DNA of 48,438 bases from positions 1-48,438 of the forward strand of contig JAZOTJ010000078.1 in the NCBI GenBank assembly GCA_045657585.1, read 5' to 3'. Shown piece after piece: positions 33,001 through 40,872 of this stretch (positions are counted from its first letter, which is position 1; each line of letters starts with the position of its first letter). The position numbers and the translations under genes are program-made. The notes beneath the pieces were generated by a model, which made no database searches, was not told the DNA's origin, and saw only the letters and a list, made by a program, of their open reading frames with translations. Source of the DNA: Clostridia bacterium. Lineage in GTDB: Bacteria > Bacillota > Clostridia > UBA1381.

Positions 33001-33568
33001 TGACTAAATTTTCATCAACTGATGAAAGCTTTCTCATTGCTTCATCTTTTCTGTGCTTATACTTTGAAACACCTGCAGCCTCTTCAAAGAATGCACGTCT
33101 GTCCTCTGCCTTAGTTGACAAAATCTGCGCAACATTTCCCTGTCCTATCATCGAATATCCGTCGCGGCCAAGACCTGTGTCCATAAACAGCTCATGAATA
33201 TCCTTAAGTCTGCAATCAGCGTGATTTATCTGATATACAGATTCGCCGGAACGATACACTTTTCTGGTTACAACTATTTCATCATATTCAATAGGAAACA
33301 TACCATCACTATTGTCAAGGACGAGATTAACTTCAGCGTAGTTTACTTGCTTTCTTGTCTGGGTTCCTGCAAAAATTACATCTTGCATATTAGAGCCTCT
33401 GAGACTCTTGGCACTCATCTCTCCCATAACCCATCTTATAGCATCAGATATATTGCTTTTACCGCTTCCATTTGGTCCTACAACGGTTGTAACTCCCTGA
33501 CCAAAATCAAGAACGGTTTTATCAGCAAAGGATTTAAAGCCTTGCAACTCTAATCTTTTTAGATACAA
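30002..33568 (-). CDS. smc: Chromosome segregation protein SMC
   Basis: N-terminal Walker A GPNGSGKSN, long coiled coils, a central hinge, the C-terminal signature LSGGEKS, and Walker B FCFLDEIDAALD. Confidence 0.97.
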   Translation of the reverse strand: MYLKRLELQGFKSFADKTVLDFGQGVTTVVGPNGSGKSNISDAIRWVMGEMSAKSLRGSNMQDVIFAGTQTRKQVNYAEVNLVLDNSDGMFPIEYDEIVVTRKVYRSGESVYQINHADCRLKDIHELFMDTGLGRDGYSMIGQGNVAQILSTKAEDRRAFFEEAAGVSKYKHRKDEAMRKLSSVDENLVRIDDITSELERQLGPLENQSKKAKKYLVLYEEYKGLDVSMCLVNLKRNTELFQKATELCKNVSEEMQELKSKESEIEFQRNELYLKSSKKDEEQSQKNNELIENEALLMSSSNEISIIENDIKNNEVLALRIDSEIKEIEDKTLVLKTRIDEILSAIHACETEKKALMESFEEIQQSNVEIYERITSCRKLIDEMKEELIVKMETLSTEKAKISGIENRRSAILERREVLENEIKNFGLGVENTKKEIEETTNLISEKTQKAETMRKRVDAQTEKINSYNDELNIVSKDISENQVLLNSKSSQKRMLESMENEYEGFSKSVKAVMTAPELKKAVIYGTVSGLINVDKKYVTAIEISLGGAMQNIVVESEDDAKLAINYLKNTKGGRATFLPLSSVSYRDMENIDEISDCNGYLGIASDLIKCDKKYSPIMKSLLGRIVVIDTMDNAVTIAKKFKYKFKIVTLEGEFLNSGGSISGGSVNKSSGFLSRAVKIKELGSEISELTNKLKDLSTKKEKLDLDISNCKIQLETYTPLLREYENEILVAKNNLEHLNNSLSTSGNSQKSLADELERIETELSASTDEYAIQINSLRSAERAINELNEQISQKEEEYDKISAQKDLKSQQLMDETMRLRALEQDIENKKEANENLLLSIEDNKKQVLKKAEDKQDLIKANEELFAKIESKKLEIEEIKSVSEKIKSEIDAIEKEKQNIVDGLKDITNDNKDLTDKLINLQQELSRAEAKQAKYESDSEAIVNRLWDDYELTQSDAEQICMPVENYEETKQRVSELKSKIKALGSVNLESIDEYTESKERYDFLTEQKADLEKSKDNLNKVISSMQELMEEHFEKQFAEINKAFSRVFNELFGGGKGRLYLSNPDDIMESGIEIEVQLPGKGLQNINLYSGGEKSFIAIALLFAILEVKPTPFCFLDEIDAALDDVNVSRFATYLKNYMNATQFIVITHRRGTMESSNIMYGVTMQEKGVSKLLSLHIDDVDDEMLK

Positions 33569-33584
33569 TTCTTTTCCTCTCTTT

Positions 33585-34592
33585 CTAATTATCTAAAATA
33601 GTAAATTCAAATGGCGAAATATTATCATCGCCGACAATTTTTATGTCAATATCATATTGTTCTTTTATCATTATTATATTTGATTTATTTTTGCCTGTTG
33701 CCTTTGAAATTTCTTTTGAATTAACAAGAATTTTAGCGGATTTATATGGAAAATCATTTAAGGATTTGCAAAACAAATCAAAATATATTGAAGACTCTAC
33801 AAGTTCTCTGAATTGAGAACTAAACGGTCCTGCAACTAATGAACCATTTGGCGAAATTTCATCAGTTGTCTGCAGTGCAATTCTAATTACCGGAATATCA
33901 GCCTTTGTAAATAAAAGCAATAATTTTTTACAAAGCGATACTGCATCATCCAACTCTTGTGGATGGTAATTCCCATCAAGATACATTTTTTCGAGTTTAG
34001 TATCCTTTAAAACAAGAGTAGGATAAATTCTTACAAAATCAGGTTTAAGAGATATGATTTTGTTTGCAGTCTCAATTGATATTTCATCATTATCCTCGGG
34101 CAATCCGGTCATCATTTGTAATCCAAGAGAAAATTTGTACTCTCTTATCATATTAACTGCATCATATACATCTTGTTCTGTGTGACCTCTGTTGGATGCT
34201 TTTAAAACATTCTCATTAAGACTCTGAACGCCAAGTTCAATTGTAGTAACTCCATACTTTTCTAATTGGTCAAGAATGTTTCTGTCAATATAATCAGGTC
34301 TTGTTGAAAGCCTGATACCATCAATATGTCCTGATTTAATATATTCGTAAGCAACACTTAAAAACTGACCTTGTAAACTAAATTCAATACCGGTAAAACT
34401 GCCTCCGAAAAAAGCAACTTCAACAACTCTGTCACTTTTCGGAAGCGTTTTTAAGTGCTCCTCTATTATAGCTTTAATATTTTCTGCCGTAACATCTGTA
34501 TTCTTTCCAGTTATTTTCTTCTGATTACAAAAAACACAATCATTAGGACAGCCGATATGTGGAACAAAAATCGGAATATTGTAATGCTTCAT
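33585..34592 (-). CDS. Radical SAM protein (ELP3-like subgroup)
   Basis: CPNDCVFCNQ is a CxxxCxxC cluster motif near the N-terminus. The start forms an ATGA overlap with the rnc stop. Confidence 0.8.
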   Translation of the reverse strand: MKHYNIPIFVPHIGCPNDCVFCNQKKITGKNTDVTAENIKAIIEEHLKTLPKSDRVVEVAFFGGSFTGIEFSLQGQFLSVAYEYIKSGHIDGIRLSTRPDYIDRNILDQLEKYGVTTIELGVQSLNENVLKASNRGHTEQDVYDAVNMIREYKFSLGLQMMTGLPEDNDEISIETANKIISLKPDFVRIYPTLVLKDTKLEKMYLDGNYHPQELDDAVSLCKKLLLLFTKADIPVIRIALQTTDEISPNGSLVAGPFSSQFRELVESSIYFDLFCKSLNDFPYKSAKILVNSKEISKATGKNKSNIIMIKEQYDIDIKIVGDDNISPFEFTILDN

Positions 34593-35266
34593 AGTTTATA
34601 TTTAGAAAGCGCAATTTTAGCTGCTTCCTGCTCCGCTTCTTTTTTTGAGTGACCAACACCACTTGAAACCAATTTACCATTTATATATAAATCCACACTA
34701 AAATTTTTTCTGTGCTCTGGCCCTGTTTCATTTGATATTGTATAAACAATTTTTGATCTATCGTGATAAATTTTTTGAACTTCTTCCTGCAAACTACTTT
34801 TAAAATCCTTTGTGGATTTATTATAAAGGTCAGATGTGAGCTTATCTGACATAGTTTTCATAACAAATTCTTTTGATTTATTCATGCCGCCATCAAGATA
34901 TATTGCTGCAAGAATTGCCTCGTAAACATCGCATAAAATGGAGTTACGCTCCCTGCTTCCTGATTTTTCTTCGCCGTTTCCAAGTAAAATGAATTTTCCA
35001 AATCCAAAATCTTTTGCCAAAGATGATAAAGAATCCTCACAAACTAATGCTGAACGAATTCTTGATAAATCTCCCTCAGCAATCGTTTTCATTTTATCAT
35101 ACAGGTACTCACTTATTATGATACTTAAGATGGAATCTCCTAAAAATTCAAGTCTTTCATAACTTTGACATCTGAATTCATTTGCATATGAACTATGTGT
35201 CAAAGCGGTGTTTAAAAGCGTTTTATTTTTAAATTCATATCCAATTATCTTTTCTAACTCATTCAT
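34589..35266 (-). CDS. rnc: Ribonuclease III
   Basis: The signature ERLEFLGDS and a C-terminal dsRBD (GPEH...F.V...GSG.SKKEAEQ.AA). The start is placed at the ATG 10 nt after GGAG. Confidence 0.94.
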   Translation of the reverse strand: MNELEKIIGYEFKNKTLLNTALTHSSYANEFRCQSYERLEFLGDSILSIIISEYLYDKMKTIAEGDLSRIRSALVCEDSLSSLAKDFGFGKFILLGNGEEKSGSRERNSILCDVYEAILAAIYLDGGMNKSKEFVMKTMSDKLTSDLYNKSTKDFKSSLQEEVQKIYHDRSKIVYTISNETGPEHRKNFSVDLYINGKLVSSGVGHSKKEAEQEAAKIALSKYKL

Positions 35267-35305
35267 GATCATCATCTCCGGTTGTAAAAGAAAAAATAAT
35301 ATAAA

Positions 35306-35327
35306 TATAGGGGTAAAAACCCCTATA
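35306..35327 (-). terminator. Hairpin between acpP and rnc, likely a partial terminator or attenuator
   Basis: 8-bp stem tatagggg / cccctata with a 6-nt loop. A U-rich stretch follows on the minus strand after a short gap. Confidence 0.45.
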
Positions 35328-35330
35328 TCA

Positions 35331-35558
35331 TTATAATCTCTCTTTAATATAATTTACAGCATCAGAAACAGTAGATATTGTTTCTGCATCTTCATCTTCA
35401 ATTTCTATATCAAATTCATCTTCAATACCCATTATTAAATCAACGACATCCAGTGAGTCTGCTCCAAGGTCATCAACAAAAGATGCATTCATAGTAACAA
35501 GTTCTTCATCAACACCTAATTGTTCAACTATAACTGACTTAATTCTTTCAAATTCCAT
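35331..35558 (-). CDS. acpP: Acyl carrier protein
   Basis: [14 protein letters not shown] is the phosphopantetheine-attachment Ser motif. ATG 35558 lies 10 nt after AAGGAG. The longer ORF start falls inside the -35 box. Confidence 0.9.
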   Translation of the reverse strand: MEFERIKSVIVEQLGVDEELVTMNASFVDDLGADSLDVVDLIMGIEDEFDIEIEDEDAETISTVSDAVNYIKERL

Positions 35559-35607
35559 TTTTAACATCTCCTTTAAAATACTATGTTGGTAAAATATTCT
35601 CCATATA

Positions 35608-35636
35608 ATTTTATCATATAAACATTGTATAGTCAA
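35608..35636 (-). promoter_or_regulatory. Sigma-A promoter for acpP
   Basis: On the minus strand: TTGACT, 17 nt spacer, TAAAAT. Confidence 0.6.
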
Positions 35637-35666
35637 GAATTATATTGATATTATGAAATATTTTTC

Positions 35667-35695
35667 TTGCAAATTGATTTGAATTATGTTATAAT
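35667..35695 (+). promoter_or_regulatory. Sigma-A promoter for tRNA-Arg
   Basis: TTGCAA, 17 nt spacer, TATAAT, with an extended -10 TG. It ends 12 nt before the 5' end of the tRNA. Confidence 0.65.
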
Positions 35696-35707
35696 ATTAA
35701 AAGATTT

Positions 35708-35782
35708 GCTCCCGTAGTTAAATGGATATAACAAACCCCTCCTAAGGGTTAGTTATCAGTTCGATTCTGGTCGGGAGTGCCA
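35708..35782 (+). tRNA. tRNA-Arg (anticodon CCT)
   Basis: A 75-nt cloverleaf folded by hand: acceptor gctcccg/cgggagt, D-arm gtta/taac, anticodon stem aaccc/gggtt with loop ctCCTaa, T-arm atcag-ttcgatt-ctggt, and an encoded CCA. Confidence 0.9.
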
Positions 35783-35783
35783 A

Positions 35784-35816
35784 AAAGGCGTATGGTAAAA
35801 ACCATACGCCTTTAAA
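35784..35816. terminator. Bidirectional rho-independent terminator (tRNA-Arg and the convergent 649-aa gene)
   Basis: 12-bp stem aaaggcgtatgg / ccatacgccttt with a 6-nt loop, and A/T runs on both sides. Confidence 0.8.
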
Positions 35817-35820
35817 TTTA

Positions 35821-37770
35821 TTATGAAATAAATAATACAGCAGGGATCATTGTGTTAAGTGGTTTATCTACTCTTACGATGCCGTCTACGCATTTAAAAT
35901 TACACTTACTTCTTGTTCCATCAGGATTTAGAATTTCTACATTCGATACTTCCTTTGTACAAACAAATGGAATATCTTCATGTTGGTCAAGACTGAGGTT
36001 GAAGAATACTGCCATAATCTCACCATTTTTGAGATATCCTGCACGAAGATATATTTCGGAATCTTCAGGGTAATACAATGGTATATGATTGCCTTTTGAC
36101 AGAATTTCTATAAACTGTTTCTTTCTTGTTTCATTAAGCATTGAAAATGCCGCATTATATGTAAACGGAGTGTCCGGAGTTCCACAAAATACAATCGTCT
36201 CACCACCAAGAGGATTTTGATAACTTACCACTGCAGGTGCAACATCAATGTATTTTGAGTATTGTGATGTTGAAGGATCAGCAATAACATTGTTAGAAAG
36301 AACTTTAACATTGTCACTCGTAATAACAAGTTTTTTCATTTCAAACTGTGTGGTTGATATATTATTATTTATCAACTCTCCTGTCACTACAACATTTCCC
36401 CATTCCTGTATATCTACTCCTGTGCAATCACAAAAACCTCGTTTATTAAGTTTTTCAGCAGCACCTGCAGATAAAATTAAAGTTCCGGAGAAAAATTTTC
36501 TGAACTCATCGTCAGTGAAACCATCAACTAAAAAGTCGTCCATAAATACTGCACCATTGTCATCATTTGAGAAAAATAAAGGTAATCCCATTCGCTCAAG
36601 TACACATAACGCCCATGGAGCACGGTTTAATCCCTGCTCTGATGGTACGAAACCGTAGTTTTGCATTTTTGTCAAAGGGATACGGCAACCAAACGGAGAA
36701 AGCTCTTTAGCATATTCAGATAATTTATCATAGAATTTTGAATATTTAGAAAGAATTTTACGGTAAGCTTTACCTGAATCTAGTTCAAATCTATCTCCAA
36801 GTCTTGTAATCCAATGTTTTGCACCTACTGCCCCCTCTAAAATAATAGCGCTATAATGCCCATGAAGCATAGATGCTGCTGTACTATATCTGTTTTGTGG
36901 GCAAGTGTCAGTTTCTGCAAGGCATATATCAACCTGATCTTTTGTATGCTCACGAACCATAGCAGCTCTGAAAATTTCTTTCGTAAAAAATTTTGTGCCA
37001 AGCTTTGCATATGGTCCTCCGTTATATCTAATCATTACCGGATTTCCTTTACCCGCAAAAGCTTTTGCAACATCTCCTGAAAATTCACAGAATGTTGAAG
37101 TATATATGCTAGAAACAATGCCCTGTATGCTTGGATTAACTTCATCAATACCTGCACGCATAGCCTCTACTGCACCTACCAGAGAGTCTCTCTGGAGTTC
37201 AACATAAATATCGGTGTAGCGTTTGTCTTCTTCACTTTTTCCTTGGGTATGTGCATACAATTCTTCCCTTGTCATATTGGTTCCTGCACGGCGATTAAAC
37301 TCCTCCATATGAGCTTTGCAGGCGCATCCTTTTGTTTTGCGATACAGAAGACCACAGTCATCATCAATCATAACAATTGACGGATTGTGCTCGGCAAGTA
37401 TTCTCATCTGATTTTTTATATATTCACGAAACCCTTTGTCAAGAGGACAACAAGTTGAAATCATAGGTTCTCCGTCAATTAGGCTTGTTGCAGGTGTATA
37501 TGGATACATTTCTCTCGGATTCAAAATATGTCCTAGTGTTGCCTGAACAAGAACACCGTGTTTTGCACCTACCTTATCAAGTTTTTCTCTGTAAATGTCA
37601 TATATTTTGCACTGTTTTTCTGCCTTATTTATCGGAGGCGTATATTCAGGCTGAAATTTCATCTCGAACATAGCATGAGTTGTGGCTCCGCTTTTTTGCT
37701 GCTCAATTATATCAGCACAATATTCTTCAATATGATCAGCATTCAACGGCATAATTGATAAATTAATCAT
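35821..37770 (-). CDS. Uncharacterised cytoplasmic 649-aa protein, a divergent GH42-like (beta-galactosidase-family fold) candidate
   Basis: AGGAG lies 7-8 nt before the ATG. The Cys/His cluster C107/C108, C149, C151, H154 and a LAETD segment recall GH42 landmarks (see finding). There is no signal peptide. The CDS is certain; the functional call is weak. Confidence 0.4.
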   Translation of the reverse strand: MINLSIMPLNADHIEEYCADIIEQQKSGATTHAMFEMKFQPEYTPPINKAEKQCKIYDIYREKLDKVGAKHGVLVQATLGHILNPREMYPYTPATSLIDGEPMISTCCPLDKGFREYIKNQMRILAEHNPSIVMIDDDCGLLYRKTKGCACKAHMEEFNRRAGTNMTREELYAHTQGKSEEDKRYTDIYVELQRDSLVGAVEAMRAGIDEVNPSIQGIVSSIYTSTFCEFSGDVAKAFAGKGNPVMIRYNGGPYAKLGTKFFTKEIFRAAMVREHTKDQVDICLAETDTCPQNRYSTAASMLHGHYSAIILEGAVGAKHWITRLGDRFELDSGKAYRKILSKYSKFYDKLSEYAKELSPFGCRIPLTKMQNYGFVPSEQGLNRAPWALCVLERMGLPLFFSNDDNGAVFMDDFLVDGFTDDEFRKFFSGTLILSAGAAEKLNKRGFCDCTGVDIQEWGNVVVTGELINNNISTTQFEMKKLVITSDNVKVLSNNVIADPSTSQYSKYIDVAPAVVSYQNPLGGETIVFCGTPDTPFTYNAAFSMLNETRKKQFIEILSKGNHIPLYYPEDSEIYLRAGYLKNGEIMAVFFNLSLDQHEDIPFVCTKEVSNVEILNPDGTRSKCNFKCVDGIVRVDKPLNTMIPAVLFIS

Positions 37771-37802
37771 TTTTTTTCTCCTAAATGTAATAAATTTTCC
37801 TT

Positions 37803-37831
37803 ATTATATCAAAAACAATATCATATGTCAA
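37803..37831 (-). promoter_or_regulatory. Consensus sigma-A promoter for the 649-aa gene
   Basis: On the minus strand: TTGACA, 17 nt spacer, TATAAT, both hexamers perfect. Confidence 0.7.
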
Positions 37832-37891
37832 TACTTTAAATGCGAAAAAGTTTTGTATAATGATATTATGTACAATTATCTGAAATCAATT

Positions 37892-39064
37892 TTATTTATT
37901 TCTTTTCACAAATCGCTCAATTCGCTTTAACGCCTCTTCAATACTCTTTACAGAATATGCATATGAACATCTGATAAATCCTTCGCCTGATTGTCCGAAA
38001 GCATTTCCCGGCACAACTGCAACCTTTTCTTCTTCCAAAAGTTTCATACAAAAATCTTCACTTGTCATACCAAGTGACTTGATGCATGGAAACACATAAA
38101 AAGCACCTAAAGGTTCAAAACAGGACAAACCCATTTGTCTGAACCCATCAACTATGTATCTTCTTCTGTTGTTGTATTCATTTCTCATATTATGAACATC
38201 GTTGTCACAATTTTTCATTGCCTCGATTGCAGCAAACTGACTTGTTGTTGGAGAAGACATTATTCCATACTGATGAACTTTGGTCATTGCTTTTATAATT
38301 GGTGCAGGACCAAGTGCATAACCCAGTCTCCAGCCCGTCATTGCAAAAGCTTTTGAAAATCCATTTACAACAACTGTCCTTTCCCACATTTTATCTATTG
38401 CAGAAAATGTTGTATGTCCCTCATCAGAATAATTTAATTCTCCATAAATTTCATCAGACAAGACAATTATATCTGTTCCCTTTAGAACCTCTGCAATTGC
38501 ATTAAGCTCTTTTTTTGTCATTACTGCGCCTGTCGGATTGTTAGGATATGGTAAAATCAATAGTTTTGTTTTTGGAGTGATTTTTTCTTTCAGTTGCTCA
38601 GGCATTAATTTAAAGTTATTCTCTTCACGCGTCTCAATAGAAACTGCAACACCTCCTGCAAGTTCGGTACAGGGTTTGTAGCATACAAAGCTTGGTTCTG
38701 GGATTAATACCTCATCGCCCTTATCAATAAGACATCTTACTACTAAATCAATCGCTTCGCTTCCTCCAACGGTAACTAATACTTCATCCTGCGGTTTATA
38801 ACAGACACCATATTTTCTTTCTGTATAATTACATATTTCTTGTCTTAATTCCAACAAACCCGCATTAGCGGTATAGTGTGTTTCTCCTTTTTCAAGAGAG
38901 TATATGCCTGCTTCTCTGATTGTCCAGGGAGTAGCAAAATCAGGCTCGCCAACTCCTAAAGAAATTACATCATCCATTGTTGCTGCAACATCAAAGAACT
39001 TTCTTATTCCTGATGGAGGAATTTTTTTAACTTTTTCTATCAACAAATCATCATAGTTTATCAT
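37892..39064 (-). CDS. Class I/II pyridoxal-phosphate aminotransferase (aspartate/aromatic type)
   Basis: The motifs GVGEPDF, NNPTG and FSKAFAMTGWRLGY (PLP lysine) are present. Confidence 0.88.
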   Translation of the reverse strand: MINYDDLLIEKVKKIPPSGIRKFFDVAATMDDVISLGVGEPDFATPWTIREAGIYSLEKGETHYTANAGLLELRQEICNYTERKYGVCYKPQDEVLVTVGGSEAIDLVVRCLIDKGDEVLIPEPSFVCYKPCTELAGGVAVSIETREENNFKLMPEQLKEKITPKTKLLILPYPNNPTGAVMTKKELNAIAEVLKGTDIIVLSDEIYGELNYSDEGHTTFSAIDKMWERTVVVNGFSKAFAMTGWRLGYALGPAPIIKAMTKVHQYGIMSSPTTSQFAAIEAMKNCDNDVHNMRNEYNNRRRYIVDGFRQMGLSCFEPLGAFYVFPCIKSLGMTSEDFCMKLLEEEKVAVVPGNAFGQSGEGFIRCSYAYSVKSIEEALKRIERFVKRNK

Positions 39065-39552
39065 AATGTAATCACCTGTCTTGTATCCTTTTCATTATTA
39101 TAAAATGTTAAACCATCATCTTTATATTTCTTTAACACAAAATGAGTAGCAGTGCTGATAACTGAATCCATTGGTGCAAGTTTTTGCGCAACAAAAAGCG
39201 CAACCTCTTTCATTGATTTCCCTTCTATAATAACACACAAATCATACGCTCCTGACATAAGATATAATGATTTAACCTGAGGATATTTATATATTCTCTC
39301 AGCAACTTTATCATACCCCTCGCCTCTTTGAGGAGTTATTCTTAGCTCTATAAGAGCATTGACCTTTTCATATTCTGTCATGTCCCAGTTAATCATTGTC
39401 TTATAACCAACAATTATATTTTCCTTTTCAAGACCTTCAATAATTGCCTTTACTTCATCTTCGTTTTTTCCTGTCATTTTCGCTATCTGTTCTTTTGTCA
39501 TTGTTGGTCCGTTTTTCTCAAGTATCTCTAAAATATCTATTAAATTTGTCAT
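39061..39552 (-). CDS. Lrp/AsnC-family transcriptional regulator
   Basis: An N-terminal HTH and a C-terminal RAM-like domain (V.S.Y.MSG.YD). The stop forms an ATGA overlap with the aminotransferase start. Confidence 0.82.
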   Translation of the reverse strand: MTNLIDILEILEKNGPTMTKEQIAKMTGKNEDEVKAIIEGLEKENIIVGYKTMINWDMTEYEKVNALIELRITPQRGEGYDKVAERIYKYPQVKSLYLMSGAYDLCVIIEGKSMKEVALFVAQKLAPMDSVISTATHFVLKKYKDDGLTFYNNEKDTRQVITL

Positions 39553-39590
39553 TTTGTAATCACTCCTGAAATTTATTTTTTTATATTATA

Positions 39591-40766
39591 CTACATTTTA
39601 TTTATAATTTCAACTGCTTTATTAAATTGGTTATCATTTTCTCCTGCTATTTCATATTCTTCATTTGACTCAATCAATATATCAGGTTCAATGCCAATAT
39701 CGTGAATACAAACACCATTTGGAGTGAAATATTTTGATGTAGTTATACTTAAACCACTTCCGTCATCAAAAGGTATTACAGATTGAACAACACCTTTTCC
39801 GAATGTTTTTGTTCCAACAATCTTTGCTTTATTATAATCCTTTAGCGCACCTGTTAAAACCTCAGACGCTGATGCACTGTCTTCATTAACCAACACAACC
39901 ATCGGGACATTTAACTCTTCTTTATCAGAAAAATATTCAACCCTCTCTCCGTATTTATCCTCAGTATATGTTATAATGCCCTCAGGCAAAAGTTCATCTG
40001 CTATTTTTTTAACAACATCAAGACTGCCGCCCGGATTATTTCTTAAATCTATAATTAATCTTTTCATCCCGCTATTTTTGAGATTATCTAATTTTTCAAT
40101 AAATTCATCGTAGGTATCTTTGCTGTCTGCTTCCTCAGATGCACTGTTAAAGGATAAAATTCTCAAATATCCGACATTGTTATCAAGCATTTTGGATTTA
40201 ACTGAGCTATATGCCAGTTTTTCTCTAATAACAGTAATGTTTTTTTCCTCTCCGTCTCTTTTAATCCTGAGTTGAAGCTTTGTGCCTTCCTTTTCTTCCA
40301 GTTCATCGCCGCGCATAACAGAAACTGCTTTTTCAAGCTCATCTCCGAAGTATTTAACCGAATTTACCTCTAAAATTATATCTCCATCTTTTATTCCTGC
40401 TTTTTCGGCCGCACTATCCTCCATTACAGACTGAACAATTATTCTATTTTCTTCATCAACACTTACAACAATCCCTATTACATATGAGCCATTAACGATA
40501 TTATCCATAAAATGCTTAAATTGCTCTTTAGAATAGTAGTTAGTATATTTATCATCAAGTGCTAATGTAAGACCTGCTGCTGCATAATCAGCCAATTCTT
40601 CCTCACTGACATCATACAAGCCTTTTTCATTAATTATATGGTTAATGGTTGTTATTTTTTTAGTTACTTGATTATTGTATGGCTTTAAAATAATACCATA
40701 TGATATTCTTTCAATAATAAGTGTGATTATTACAGTTATAATAATTGTTTTAAAAGTTTTATTCAC
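39591..40766 (-). CDS. S41-family carboxy-terminal processing protease, membrane anchored
   Basis: An N-terminal TM helix, a PDZ domain (AEKAGIKDGDIILEVN), the catalytic segment SASASE with TFGKG, and DLRNNPGG. GTG start lies 8 nt after AGGAGG. Confidence 0.9.
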   Translation of the reverse strand: MNKTFKTIIITVIITLIIERISYGIILKPYNNQVTKKITTINHIINEKGLYDVSEEELADYAAAGLTLALDDKYTNYYSKEQFKHFMDNIVNGSYVIGIVVSVDEENRIIVQSVMEDSAAEKAGIKDGDIILEVNSVKYFGDELEKAVSVMRGDELEEKEGTKLQLRIKRDGEEKNITVIREKLAYSSVKSKMLDNNVGYLRILSFNSASEEADSKDTYDEFIEKLDNLKNSGMKRLIIDLRNNPGGSLDVVKKIADELLPEGIITYTEDKYGERVEYFSDKEELNVPMVVLVNEDSASASEVLTGALKDYNKAKIVGTKTFGKGVVQSVIPFDDGSGLSITTSKYFTPNGVCIHDIGIEPDILIESNEEYEIAGENDNQFNKAVEIINKM

Positions 40767-40830
40767 GAATAATGCCTCCTGATAGAAATACTATATTCTA
40801 TGATAAAATATTTTATATTAATACATACAG

Positions 40831-40865
40831 ATAAAAACTATGCCACAGTAATTTACTGAGGCATA
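40831..40865 (-). terminator. Rho-independent terminator after the M23 peptidase gene
   Basis: On the minus-strand RNA: uaugcc-caguaa...uuacug-ggcaua hairpin, followed by aguuuuuau. Confidence 0.6.
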
Positions 40866-40872
40866 TAATTTA

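Noticed and set aside
30420-33553. A series of plus-strand ORFs of 60-143 aa inside the smc locus.
   Set aside because: They lie antisense to a well-supported 1188-aa SMC gene. Their S/F/L/I-rich low-complexity products are the expected shadow of a K/E-rich coiled-coil gene. None has a Shine-Dalgarno sequence.
35708-35782. tRNA-Arg (and tRNA-Gly at 47539-47613) as a possible genomic-island integration site.
   Set aside because: There is no integrase or recombinase gene, and I saw no direct repeat of the tRNA 3' end nearby. The flanking genes are housekeeping or have native-looking promoters.
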